Assembly (NCBI GenBank): GCA_040219255.1
Contig: JAVJSW010000016.1
Location: forward strand, 1-64,000
From: Sumerlaeia bacterium
Lineage (GTDB): Bacteria; Sumerlaeota; Sumerlaeia; SLMS01; JAHLLQ01
Direction of reading: 5' to 3'
Length of the DNA stretch: 64,000 nucleotides
Shown here in pieces: positions 26,862-36,257 of this stretch. The translations under genes were made by a program, and so were the position numbers. A model generated the notes under the pieces. The model did not search any database, had not been told where the DNA came from, and was given only the letters and a program-made list of their open reading frames with translations. Position 1 is the stretch's first letter, and each line of letters opens with the position of its first letter.

Positions 26862-27746
26862 TCAGAACCTCGGGCGGCTCATGCGAGCCTGCCAGACGAT
26901 GCCGATCGGTTGCAGCAGAAGCGCCCCCGCCAGGAGCCAGCGCCCTGTCTCCGTTGCCAGAAAGCTCTCCATTCTCGCCGGGTCCTGGCGCCAGACGATC
27001 AGGAACAGCACGAAGGTCATGCCCACCAGCACCGCCGTGGAAACCTTCGCCTGAGCTCCCAGGGTCCGTGTCCGCCGCGCGATATCCATGCGGTCGTGGA
27101 TCGTCCGCGCCACCGAGGCCAAGGTCGGCGCCAGACTGCCGCCAACGCTCGAATGCACCGCCAAAGTCGTGGCCGTCAGGCGGAAGCTTTCCATCGGCAC
27201 GCGGTCCGCCATGGATTGATAGACGCGGGCGGGATCGTCGCCGAGGCGAATGCGGCGCAGCACGTCCTGCAGGTGAGCCCGGAAGGGCTGGCGGGCTTCG
27301 CGGGCGGCGGCTTCGAGGGCCTGCGTCACGCCCCCGCCCGCGTAGAGCGCGCCGATGGCGATGTCGAGGGCCTCGGCCAGTTGGGCCTCGATGGCGGCGC
27401 GCTGGCGATCCGCCCACCAGGCCTCCACCTGGCCCGTCAGGAGGCCCGCCAAGGCGGCGAGCGAGAACACGAAAACACCGCCCAGACCCGCTAGCCAGGC
27501 GCCGAGCGCCATGAGCGCCGCCGCCAGCCAAGGCACCCAGAGCCATCGCTTTGGAAAGGACTTGTGCAGCGTTGCGGGGGTACGCTCGGCGGCGGGCCGG
27601 GCGAGTCTGGCCGGCGTGGTTTTGCCTTCGACGCGCTCGCGCAGCGCCCGGCGCCGAGCCAGGTTCAACTGCATCGCGCGCATGGCTGCCCAGAGCGCGA
27701 AGGTCCCCGCGACCGCGAATGCGACCAACCACCCCGGCCCCATCAC
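26862..27746 (-). CDS. tadB: Tad pilus assembly protein TadB
   Basis: QLAEALDIAIGALYAG, VGGSLAPTL, AQAKVS. Confidence 0.9.
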   Translation of the reverse strand: MMGPGWLVAFAVAGTFALWAAMRAMQLNLARRRALRERVEGKTTPARLARPAAERTPATLHKSFPKRWLWVPWLAAALMALGAWLAGLGGVFVFSLAALAGLLTGQVEAWWADRQRAAIEAQLAEALDIAIGALYAGGGVTQALEAAAREARQPFRAHLQDVLRRIRLGDDPARVYQSMADRVPMESFRLTATTLAVHSSVGGSLAPTLASVARTIHDRMDIARRTRTLGAQAKVSTAVLVGMTFVLFLIVWRQDPARMESFLATETGRWLLAGALLLQPIGIVWQARMSRPRF

Positions 27747-29200
27747 GCGCCCCCGATGCGGCGCGAAGGGGCCGGCCCGCCGCCCTGGAACAACTTCGCC
27801 GTCAGCGGAATACCCCGCGCCTTGATTTCGCGCAGACAGCGCGGCACGACGCCTTGGGCCTGGAATTGGCCTTCCACGCGGCGCCCCGCCCGGCCAGAGC
27901 GCTCGAAACGGAAAATCTCCTGGATTTGGGGTGTTTCGCCCTCCAGGTCCAGCACCTCGGCGATGCTCTCGACGCGCCGCACGCCATCCTCGTAGCGCCG
28001 CAAATGCACGATGATCTGGAGCGCGGAGACGATCTGCTCGCGAATGGCGCGGCTCGGCAAGTCCACGCCCGCCAGCAGCACCGCCGTCTCCACGCGAGAC
28101 AAAGCATCGCGGGGGCTGTTGGCGTGGATGGTGGTCATGCTGCCGTCGTGGCCGGTGTTCATCGCTTGCAGCATGTCGAGCGCCTCGCCGCCGCGCACTT
28201 CGCCGATGATGATGCGGTCGGGGCGCATGCGCAGGCTGTTGATGACCAACTGGCGGGTGGTGATTTCGCCGCGGCCCTCCACGTTCGGCGGCCGTGTTTC
28301 CATGCGTACCACATGCTCTTGCTGGAGGGACAACTCCGCCGCGTCTTCGATGGTGACGATGCGTTCGTTGTTCGGGATCGATTCGGCCAGGGCGCTGAGA
28401 AACGTGGACTTGCCGGTACCGGTGCCACCGGCGATGAGGACGTTCCGCCGGGCCTTGACCGCCGCGTCCAGGAACAGTTCCATCCCCTCCGACATCATCC
28501 GGGCGTTCATGAGTTCGGCGCGGCGCAGGCGGCGGCCGAAACGCCGGATCGAGAGCGTGGGCCCGTCGATGCTGATGGGCGGAATGGTCGCGTTCAGGCG
28601 GCTGCCGTCGGGCAGGCGGGCGTCCACCATGGGGCTGGCTTCGTCGATGCGGCGGCCGACCTGGGCGACGATGCGCTGGATGATGCGGAGCAGGTGGGCG
28701 TCGTTGCGGAATCGCAGGCGGGTTTTCTCCAGGCGTCCGAAGCGCTCGACAAAGACCGCGTCGGGGCCGTTGACCAGAATGTCGGTCACCGCCGGGTCCG
28801 CCATGAGTGGCGCCAGCGGCCCCGTGCCGAGCGCTTCCTGCAACAAATCGCGCGAGAGGCGGCGCCGTTCGTCCTCGTTCAACGCCAGGTCCGGCCGCGT
28901 CAGCGCCGCGTCGGTGAATTCCGTCACGGCCCGTGCCAGTTCGTCCTCGTCCGCCTCGGTCAGGCCTTTTTTCTCGATGTGATCAATCAGAAGGGTGTGC
29001 AGTTCGCCCCGGATCTGGTCGGAGTTGGTCGGGCGTGAGGGCCGGGGACTTCGGCTTTCGAAGGCGCCTGTCGCGGGGCGGCGCGCCGATGGGTCGGATG
29101 CGGGTGGTTCCGTCCCAGGCCGCGGGGAAGGGGAAGGGCCGCCGAGACGGGCCTTCGACAAGCGTTTTCGGATTTCCGCGGAACGGTCGTCAGTGCTCAT
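27743..29200 (-). CDS. cpaF: Tad pilus ATPase CpaF/TadA
   Basis: GGTGTGKST, IEDAAEL, LRMRPDRIIIGEVRG, AMNTGHDGSMTTIHAN. Confidence 0.96.
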   Translation of the reverse strand: MSTDDRSAEIRKRLSKARLGGPSPSPRPGTEPPASDPSARRPATGAFESRSPRPSRPTNSDQIRGELHTLLIDHIEKKGLTEADEDELARAVTEFTDAALTRPDLALNEDERRRLSRDLLQEALGTGPLAPLMADPAVTDILVNGPDAVFVERFGRLEKTRLRFRNDAHLLRIIQRIVAQVGRRIDEASPMVDARLPDGSRLNATIPPISIDGPTLSIRRFGRRLRRAELMNARMMSEGMELFLDAAVKARRNVLIAGGTGTGKSTFLSALAESIPNNERIVTIEDAAELSLQQEHVVRMETRPPNVEGRGEITTRQLVINSLRMRPDRIIIGEVRGGEALDMLQAMNTGHDGSMTTIHANSPRDALSRVETAVLLAGVDLPSRAIREQIVSALQIIVHLRRYEDGVRRVESIAEVLDLEGETPQIQEIFRFERSGRAGRRVEGQFQAQGVVPRCLREIKARGIPLTAKLFQGGGPAPSRRIGGA

Positions 29201-30369
29201 CGCGTCGCCTCCGCACCGCTCGCCGGGGATGTCTCCAGCGCCGCCATGTCGGCGGCCAGAGCTTCAACCGCCTTGCGGAATTTGGACCAGCGCCCCGCCT
29301 GCTCGATGGCGGGAACGCCGAGGTTCGCCGCTCGCAGCACTTGCTTATCGAACGGCAACACCGGGTCGAGAGCTTCGCCCAGTCGCGCCGCCAATTCCTC
29401 CGGCCTCAGAGCCCCTGAAAAGGCGTCGGCGCGATTGAGCACCACGCGCCTTTTGGACTTCGGAAACTGCAGGCCTTCCATCACACGAAGCAAATCCTCG
29501 GTCCCGCGAAGGGTTGGCACGGATGGCTCCATGACGATGTAAACGCGCGTCGCCAAATCCAGGATCGCCAGCGTCAAACGGTCCAGCATCGGATAGCAGT
29601 CAACCACCACCAGATCGTACGCGCGGCGGGCCGTGGTGAGGAGGCGGCTGAGCAGTTCCTCGTCGATCTCCGCGCCCTCGAGCGCCTGCCCGGGCGCCGC
29701 CAGGACGTGGAGGCCGCTCTTGTGCGGCGTCGCAAGTTCCCGCACCAGCGTGGGGTCAAGGCGCGAGCGTTCCGCGATGGCGTCGGCCAGGGTGGTTTTC
29801 GGCGCCAGGTCCAGAAGCGAACCGCAAACTCCGAGCTGGATCGACGCGTCCACCAGGAGCACCCGCCCGGGGCGGGTCTTCGCCAGATGAACCGACGTGT
29901 TCACCGCCAGAGTGGATTTCCCCACGCCGCCTTTGGTCGCGAAAAACGCCGCGATGGGTGCCGTTCGAGCCGGAACGGCCACCACCGACGACCGCGTGTC
30001 GCGGCCCGCCAGGACGTGGTCCAGGTCCTCGGATGCAATGGGACGCCGCAGCACATCCATGACGCCGCCGCGGAACGCGCGGACGATCATGGCGCTGGTG
30101 GCGGAATCCTGATCCTGGGGGCGGTAGAGGCCGACGATGGACGACGCGGGCGAGACGAGGGCCAATTCCTCGACGAAGTGCCGCAGCGCCCCATTTTCCA
30201 GCGGCAGCCCCACCAGTACCAGGTCGGGCTGGCGGCCGCGGGCGATTTCCGCCGCGTCGTGGAGCGATGGCGCCTCGAGAAAAGTCGCCCCGGCTCGCAG
30301 TGGCCCATCGAGCGCCGCCGTGATTTCGGCAATCAATTCATCATCGGGGGAAACGGCCAGGATTCGCAT
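29197..30369 (-). CDS. cpaE: CpaE/TadZ (pseudo-receiver plus MinD-like ATPase)
   Basis: Receiver-like N-terminus lacking the phospho-Asp (PDLVLVG); TKGGVGKST. Confidence 0.9.
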   Translation of the reverse strand: MRILAVSPDDELIAEITAALDGPLRAGATFLEAPSLHDAAEIARGRQPDLVLVGLPLENGALRHFVEELALVSPASSIVGLYRPQDQDSATSAMIVRAFRGGVMDVLRRPIASEDLDHVLAGRDTRSSVVAVPARTAPIAAFFATKGGVGKSTLAVNTSVHLAKTRPGRVLLVDASIQLGVCGSLLDLAPKTTLADAIAERSRLDPTLVRELATPHKSGLHVLAAPGQALEGAEIDEELLSRLLTTARRAYDLVVVDCYPMLDRLTLAILDLATRVYIVMEPSVPTLRGTEDLLRVMEGLQFPKSKRRVVLNRADAFSGALRPEELAARLGEALDPVLPFDKQVLRAANLGVPAIEQAGRWSKFRKAVEALAADMAALETSPASGAEATR

Positions 30370-30371
30370 GG

Positions 30372-31436
30372 TCAGCGGCTCTCCGCCCGCACGAGCCCGG
30401 GGGCCAGCAGGCCGGTGCGGAGGGTGTCGAACTCGCGCAGGAAGAGACGCGCGCCGGGTTCGCTCAGTGGAGCCATCTCGCCCGTCAAGGCCACCGTGGC
30501 GTTTGCGGGGGCGCGTTGGCTCGCCAAGCGCGTCACGACGACGCGAGCGGGGAACTGATTCCCCAATCCGCCAACGCGACGGAATTGCACGCGGCCAAAG
30601 CCGACGGCGCGGCCGGTGGCCTCCGGTTCCCCGGGCAGCGCGGCGAAGATCACGGCGTAGCCCTCGCGCGGTGCGGCGGGCAGTTCGAACTCCGTCGGCA
30701 GCTGGGCCAGGAACGCCTCGCCGGCGCTGATCGCCCGGGGGACGAAGAGCCGCACGGAACCGGTTTCGGTGGCTTGAAACTCAGCTTCGGTGCCGGGGAT
30801 CAAGCCCTCCCACGTCGCTCGGTCCATGGCGATGGGCGCGGCTCCCACGAGCCCAAGCTCGGGATATGCCCGCCCGACGGAAAGCGCGCGGTTCCAGCGT
30901 GCGATGGCCGTGGCCTGGACCCCGATACCGGTCTCGCGGGCTTCACGGGGACGGTTCACAGTCTGGCCGAAAACGAACGGTACGGCCTCGCGATTCGACG
31001 CCACGCCCGGCTGTTGCTCGCCACCGGTCGCCCGGATGCGGACGATGAAGGCGTCGGCGTTCGCGGCGCCGGGCTCGAAGTCCTCGCGCCGGCCATCCTC
31101 CCCCACCGCGTGCGATTCGCCGGGGAGATAGCGCCCCGCCACCAGATCACCGCGAGGGGCGTTTCCCGCGTTCAATTCCAAAGTCCACTCATCACCCGAT
31201 TCCACGTCCCAGTCGGTGTCGAGGGCCAGCCCGGCGAATTGCCGCGCGGCCTCGCGGCCGTTGCGCAGGCCTTCCAGCGCCGCAGCGTCCGCGGCCCCCG
31301 CGATTCGCGCCCGTTGCCATCGCGCCAACCCCGAGTCCACAACCAGCGCCCCCATCGCCAGAATCACGAACAGCGCGAGAACCAGCAGAACCAGAACGGC
31401 GCCTCTGCGTCGGTGGCGGAGCGAACCCTTGCCCAT
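30372..31436 (-). CDS. TadG-like pilus accessory protein
   Basis: RRRRGAVLVL...LVVDSG...AADAAALEG Tad N-terminal motif. Confidence 0.8.
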   Translation of the reverse strand: MGKGSLRHRRRGAVLVLLVLALFVILAMGALVVDSGLARWQRARIAGAADAAALEGLRNGREAARQFAGLALDTDWDVESGDEWTLELNAGNAPRGDLVAGRYLPGESHAVGEDGRREDFEPGAANADAFIVRIRATGGEQQPGVASNREAVPFVFGQTVNRPREARETGIGVQATAIARWNRALSVGRAYPELGLVGAAPIAMDRATWEGLIPGTEAEFQATETGSVRLFVPRAISAGEAFLAQLPTEFELPAAPREGYAVIFAALPGEPEATGRAVGFGRVQFRRVGGLGNQFPARVVVTRLASQRAPANATVALTGEMAPLSEPGARLFLREFDTLRTGLLAPGLVRAESR

Positions 31437-32380
31437 CAGTTTCCACCCCTTGCGGGCGATTCGAGCCGGGTTTCGCCCTCGAACTTCGCGGTGCCTTCTT
31501 TTTCCCACTTCTCCTGATCCAGGAACCGGATCACCTCGCGCTGATTGCCGACGATGGATTCGACCAGGACCTGCGGCGGCGTCGGCGTGGGCTTGGGTTT
31601 GGGTTTCTCGGGAGCGGGCGGTTTGGGTGTCGGATACACGGCGCTGCTTTCCTCCGGTTGGCCCGACCGGGCGACGGCAAAGAGTTTCTCGCCGCGGGCG
31701 ATGGCACCCATCACCGTTTCCACTTCCTGGGGCGTCACCGCCAGGGTCGCCTCCTCGACGATTTTTCCGCCGGAGCCAGCGATTTCCCGCGCCTCCACGG
31801 GCGCGACCACCCGCGCTTCCTCCGCCAGAACCTTCAACTTTCCGTCCTTGTCGGTCGTCAGCACGTCCAATTGGTCATCGCGCCGGAGGCTGTGCAGCCC
31901 CGGCACTTCGGCGGCGTTCAGCACCAGTGCCCGGCGGTCCGACGGGACACCGGCAACGACGCCCTCGCGCGTGCCGAGGGGAAAGAAATCGGCTTCTGTG
32001 AAGGCCCGGTTGGGTTCCTTGTCGCGGCGCAGAACCCGCCCCACCACGGCGTCCAGGCCGACCAGCACGGGCGGTTCGCCCTCCTGGGGGGGGAAGTAGC
32101 TCGCCGGCAAGGTCCGAAATCGGAACGAGCCCGGCTCCATCAGCATTTCCGCCGTCACGCGGTCGTAGGCCTTCAACGGCTTCACGGTCAGAAAGACCTT
32201 TTCGCCTTCAGCTTTCTGGCCGGACGTTGTGGGCGCTTCGCCCTGCACCGCCACCACGCGCTTTCCGAGGCCCGGAAGCGCGATCCGGCCCGAGATCCAA
32301 AGCGTTCCCAGCACGGCGGCTATGAGTAGCAACCCCAGGCTTATCGGTGCGATCCAGCTCTTCATCGAAGCGTTGACCAT
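31436..32380 (-). CDS. cpaB: CpaB/RcpC (SAF domain)
   Basis: N-terminal TM; VVGRVLRRDK, GVPSDRRAL, DQLDVL, ATLAVTPQE. Confidence 0.82.
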   Translation of the reverse strand: MVNASMKSWIAPISLGLLLIAAVLGTLWISGRIALPGLGKRVVAVQGEAPTTSGQKAEGEKVFLTVKPLKAYDRVTAEMLMEPGSFRFRTLPASYFPPQEGEPPVLVGLDAVVGRVLRRDKEPNRAFTEADFFPLGTREGVVAGVPSDRRALVLNAAEVPGLHSLRRDDQLDVLTTDKDGKLKVLAEEARVVAPVEAREIAGSGGKIVEEATLAVTPQEVETVMGAIARGEKLFAVARSGQPEESSAVYPTPKPPAPEKPKPKPTPTPPQVLVESIVGNQREVIRFLDQEKWEKEGTAKFEGETRLESPARGGN

Positions 32381-32381
32381 C

Positions 32382-33290
32382 CTATTCGTAAACCTCGCGG
32401 CGGGCGATGCTCTGCGCCGTCAGGACCCGGCGGAACGGGCGGACTTCCTCGCCAAAGGCCAATTGCCGCCCCAACCCGTAGGGACCGGCGTTCGTGCCAG
32501 CCTCCGCCTCATCGCCGACGGGCGTGCCGAGCTGAGGCGTGTTGATTTGCTGTACGGCGTCGTCGCGGGCGCGGAAACGATCCCCCGCCCGGCCCGTTTC
32601 GGAAGCCGACAGCAGCGCCGACTGAAACGGCAGCGCCAGCCGCAACGCCGCAACGCCACGCAGGTCGCTCTCGGCGGTTAACGCAAAGGGATCAGGGCGC
32701 GGACCGGTGTTGTCTTCTGGATCGTCTTCCGTATCGATTTCTTCCAGAACCCGCACCCAGGCAATCGTTTCGGTGCCGTCCTCCGCCCGTCCCACCACGA
32801 GGGGAACCTCCACCGTCAGGCCGCTGGGTGCGGTCTGGCTCGTCACCAAAGCGCCGGGATAGGCCAGCAGCGTGCGGCCTTCGCGCTCGCGCACGGTCAT
32901 GACGGGCACCAGCAAGCGGTTCGCCGCCGGGATCGCGAGGTCCTCGTCGAGAAACCGCAGCAGCGACCGCCCATCGCGGCTTTGTACCCAGGGCGTGATG
33001 TCCAGCACGAGGTGGTCCTCGCTGAAGACCCTTTGGCGGAAGAGGCCTTCCGGGTCGTCGCGGACCTGCTCGAAGGTGGCTTCGGGAGGAAGAGGCGTGC
33101 GGGCCAATTCGCGGGTGGTGAAATCGACGGTTTGCTGGGCTACCTGGGCGCTGTGGAGCAGGCGGCCGAAGCTAACGATGGCGGCGAACAGCAGGTAGAG
33201 AACGGTCGAGACGATGGCGAATTCCACGAGCATCTGACCCCGCTGCGCGCGAGGTCCCCAAAACGCGCCGTGGCGGCGGTGGGTGCTCAT
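32382..33290 (-). CDS. TadE family pseudopilin
   Basis: QRGQMLVEFAIV...FGRLL...RELARTP. Confidence 0.85.
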   Translation of the reverse strand: MSTHRRHGAFWGPRAQRGQMLVEFAIVSTVLYLLFAAIVSFGRLLHSAQVAQQTVDFTTRELARTPLPPEATFEQVRDDPEGLFRQRVFSEDHLVLDITPWVQSRDGRSLLRFLDEDLAIPAANRLLVPVMTVREREGRTLLAYPGALVTSQTAPSGLTVEVPLVVGRAEDGTETIAWVRVLEEIDTEDDPEDNTGPRPDPFALTAESDLRGVAALRLALPFQSALLSASETGRAGDRFRARDDAVQQINTPQLGTPVGDEAEAGTNAGPYGLGRQLAFGEEVRPFRRVLTAQSIARREVYE

Positions 33291-33300
33291 GGCGGCGATG

Positions 33301-33663
33301 CTACTTGGCCTCCGCCGGATCGACGACGAGGGCCCGCAGATCGTCTTCGTTCAGCCCCAGGTTCGTCGAGAGGCGCGAGGTGTTCGCGTTCGCGCCGCCG
33401 ATGGCGTTCGCGTCGAGGACGAGGGCACCGTCCTCGTTGGTTGTCGTTTCGATCAGTTTGCCACTGACGATGGGGGCGTTATCCGCGGGCGAGGCGCCCG
33501 GCAGCGTCGTCGCCACCGTGGAAACCATGTCGTTGGTCTTGCGGCCCAGAATGGCCACGGCGACCAGGCAGACCAGGGCCACCCCCGAAAGGACAATCGC
33601 GTACTCCACAAGGCTCTGGCCGGAGCGGCGGCTGCGATCGAATGGCGTCAAAGTCCGGATCAT
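33301..33663 (-). CDS. flp: Flp family pilin with an extended C-terminus
   Basis: RRSGQSLVEYAIVL (G-x4-EY Flp motif); GGAG RBS; first gene of the operon. Confidence 0.85.
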   Translation of the reverse strand: MIRTLTPFDRSRRSGQSLVEYAIVLSGVALVCLVAVAILGRKTNDMVSTVATTLPGASPADNAPIVSGKLIETTTNEDGALVLDANAIGGANANTSRLSTNLGLNEDDLRALVVDPAEAK

Positions 33664-33815
33664 GGGCGTATTCTCCACGTGAAGGGGTCAAAAACAAAGG
33701 GGCGCAATAATCGTGCGACAGGAACGTGGCGGCTTGTGTTCCCGTCGGATCACCGCTTTTTTTCATGGATGGAGAGAACCATGGCAACTGGTTTCCTGCC
33801 CAAAGTTGCCAGAGC

Positions 33816-35387
33816 TTATTGCGGGATGCGGATCAGGAACGCCGTTCCTTCCCCCTTCGCGTCGATGAATTCGGCCCGCCCGCCGTGTTTTGCCGCCACC
33901 TCGCGCACGTTGGCCAGGCCGAGTCCGGTGCCCTTGTGGCCCTTGGTGGAAAAAAAAGCCTCGAAGACCCGGCGGCGATCCGGCCCGTTGATTCCGGGTC
34001 CGGTGTCGGAAACGGAGAGAACGAGTTCCGTGCCCTCCTGGCGTCCTGCCAGAGTCAGCACCCCTCCCGTCTCCATCGCCTCGACCGCGTTGATGGCCAG
34101 GTTGGCCAGCGCGTGGCCCACGGCGTTGCGATCCAGCACCCAGGTTTCGGGGCAATCCGCAAGTTCCACGACGACCTCGATGTGGTTGCGTTCGGCCAAG
34201 GGTCCGATGTCCTCTGCCGCCTCGTTCAGGAGCCGATGGATCGAGGACACAGCCCGCAGCGCCGGCCGGTCTTTGCTGTAGTCGACCATTTCGAGCACCA
34301 GCAGGTTGAGCCGGCGCGCCGACCGGTCGATCAACCGGAAGGCGTGCCCGGCCGCGGCCCAGTCTCGATCCTGCTGGGCCTGCGCCAGAAGATGCGCCCC
34401 GCCGGAGAGCGAAGTCAGGATGTTGCGGATCGAATGAGCCGCCCCCGCCACGGCCTGGCCGATGGCGGCCAGGCGCTCCTGCTGACGGACTTGCTCGCGC
34501 AATTCCATGCGCTCGCGCTGATCGGCCCGCTCCTGCGTGATGTCCTTCTTCACCGCCACGAAGTGGGCCGTTCGGCCCGCGCCATCGCTGACCGAGGAAA
34601 TCGTCGCCGATTCCCAGAAGAGGCGGCCGTCCTTGCGCCGATTGCAGAACTCGCCATGCCAATCCTTACCCGCCGTGATCGTTTGCCAAAGGGTCCGGTA
34701 GTACTCCGGCGGATGATGGCCGCTTTTCAGGAAACTGAGGCGCTTGCCCATCACCTCCTCTTCCGTCCAGCCCGTCAGGTCGTAGAAGAACGGATTGGCG
34801 TAGACCAGTTCGCCGCCGGCATTGGCGATCACAACGGACAGGGGCGCCTGCTCGACGGCCCGGGTCAGGAGCGAACTGTGTTCGCAGGCCGCCTGATGAT
34901 ACATTTTCTGGAGAGACAGGCGGTGATTCGCATCGGCCAGATCGCGTTGCTGGTAATAGACCCGCTGCTCCAGCAAGGATTGGACTTCGCGCAGATCGTG
35001 CTCCGCGCGGCATTGGTCAGTCACATCCACATGGGTTCCGAGAAGCAACCCCGGGCAGCCCTCCATCAGCCCGCCGCGCGACAGGACCCAGTGCCACTCA
35101 CCATCCGCGCCCCTCATGCGGTAGCGCAGGGAATGGCGGGTCCGGCCGCCGGAGCGGTACTCACCCAGGACGTTCTCGACAACCGCCAAGTCGTCCGCGT
35201 GGGCCAATTCGCGCCATGACTCGAAGGTCGCGGCGAAAGCCCCCGGTTCATAGCCCAGAAGACTGTAGTACATCTCGTCGAAGACGACCCGGTTGTTGAG
35301 CAGGTCGTACTGCCAGACCCCCACCTGGGCGCATCGAAGGGCCCACTTGAGATTGCCGCAATCGATCTCGGTGCTTTGCCTGTCCAT
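33816..35387 (-). CDS. Cytoplasmic PAS-PAS sensor histidine kinase
   Basis: Two PAS/PAC domains; H-box AHSIRN, NLAINAVEAM, DTGPGI, FFSTKG..GTGLGL. Confidence 0.93.
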   Translation of the reverse strand: MDRQSTEIDCGNLKWALRCAQVGVWQYDLLNNRVVFDEMYYSLLGYEPGAFAATFESWRELAHADDLAVVENVLGEYRSGGRTRHSLRYRMRGADGEWHWVLSRGGLMEGCPGLLLGTHVDVTDQCRAEHDLREVQSLLEQRVYYQQRDLADANHRLSLQKMYHQAACEHSSLLTRAVEQAPLSVVIANAGGELVYANPFFYDLTGWTEEEVMGKRLSFLKSGHHPPEYYRTLWQTITAGKDWHGEFCNRRKDGRLFWESATISSVSDGAGRTAHFVAVKKDITQERADQRERMELREQVRQQERLAAIGQAVAGAAHSIRNILTSLSGGAHLLAQAQQDRDWAAAGHAFRLIDRSARRLNLLVLEMVDYSKDRPALRAVSSIHRLLNEAAEDIGPLAERNHIEVVVELADCPETWVLDRNAVGHALANLAINAVEAMETGGVLTLAGRQEGTELVLSVSDTGPGINGPDRRRVFEAFFSTKGHKGTGLGLANVREVAAKHGGRAEFIDAKGEGTAFLIRIPQ

Positions 35388-35528
35388 GTGCGCTCTCCTC
35401 GATGGGGTCTCGTGGTTCGGAGCGATGCAAGTTTAGTGTGGACGGGGACGGAGAAGCAAAATGACTTCCCACTATGACACATAAATATAGTCAAGATGGA
35501 TAGTATTTGTCTTGTTTTGCTATTGGCA

Positions 35529-36257
35529 CTACAATTCGAATAGGAATCCCCGCTCTTTCAACCGCTCGTAAGCCTCTTGATCGAAGGAGTAGAAGCGGGC
35601 GGCGCGGTGGGGAACGTTCTGCTGTTTTTCGTCAAGGGCCTTGAGGATGCCCATGCCGAGGATTTTCTTGCGGAAGTTGCGCTTGTCCAGCTCGCGCTCC
35701 AGGATGCCCTCGTAAAGCCGCTGCAAGTCGGTGAGGACGAACTTTTCGGGCAGAAGCTCGAAGCCGATCGGTTCGTAGCGAATTTTGTTGCGGAGGCGCT
35801 GGCGCGCCATGTCCAGGATGCGGGCGTGATCGAAGGCCAGCGCGGGGGTGGCGGCGGCGGGGAACCACGCCGCCTCACTGGCAGCGTCGCTGGTCGAGAC
35901 GGGCGCCGCCTCGGGTTTGCGGATCAGGGAAAAATACGCCACCGTCAGGACCCGCCCGCGCGGATCGCGGCCCAGGTCGCCGAAGGTGTAGAGCTGTTCC
36001 AGGTAGGCATCGGCGATGCCGGTTTTCTCGCGCAGTTTGCTGCGGGCGGTGTCTTCCAGCGACATTTCGACGCCGACAAAGCCGCCGGGAATGGCCCATT
36101 CGCCTTTGTAAGGCTCGACGCCGCGCCGCACGAGCAGAACTTGCAGTTCGCTGCTTTCGACGGCGAACATCACGCAGTCGGCGGTGACGCTTGGCTGGGG
36201 GTAATCGGTCAGGCGTTCGGCGTTCGGCGTGGCGGCCGAAGCTTTCGGTGGCGTCAT
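35529..36257 (-). CDS. nrtR: Nudix-related transcriptional regulator NrtR
   Basis: WAIPGGFV, LEQLYTFG..RDPRGR, LAFDH, wHTH LDKRNFRKK; in an operon with NAD genes. Confidence 0.93.
   Translation of the reverse strand: MTPPKASAATPNAERLTDYPQPSVTADCVMFAVESSELQVLLVRRGVEPYKGEWAIPGGFVGVEMSLEDTARSKLREKTGIADAYLEQLYTFGDLGRDPRGRVLTVAYFSLIRKPEAAPVSTSDAASEAAWFPAAATPALAFDHARILDMARQRLRNKIRYEPIGFELLPEKFVLTDLQRLYEGILERELDKRNFRKKILGMGILKALDEKQQNVPHRAARFYSFDQEAYERLKERGFLFEL

Noticed and set aside
33704-33718. Sigma54-like promoter upstream of flp (TCGCACG-N4-TTGC, minus strand)
   Set aside because: The near-invariant GG at -25/-24 reads CG, so it is not supportable without data.
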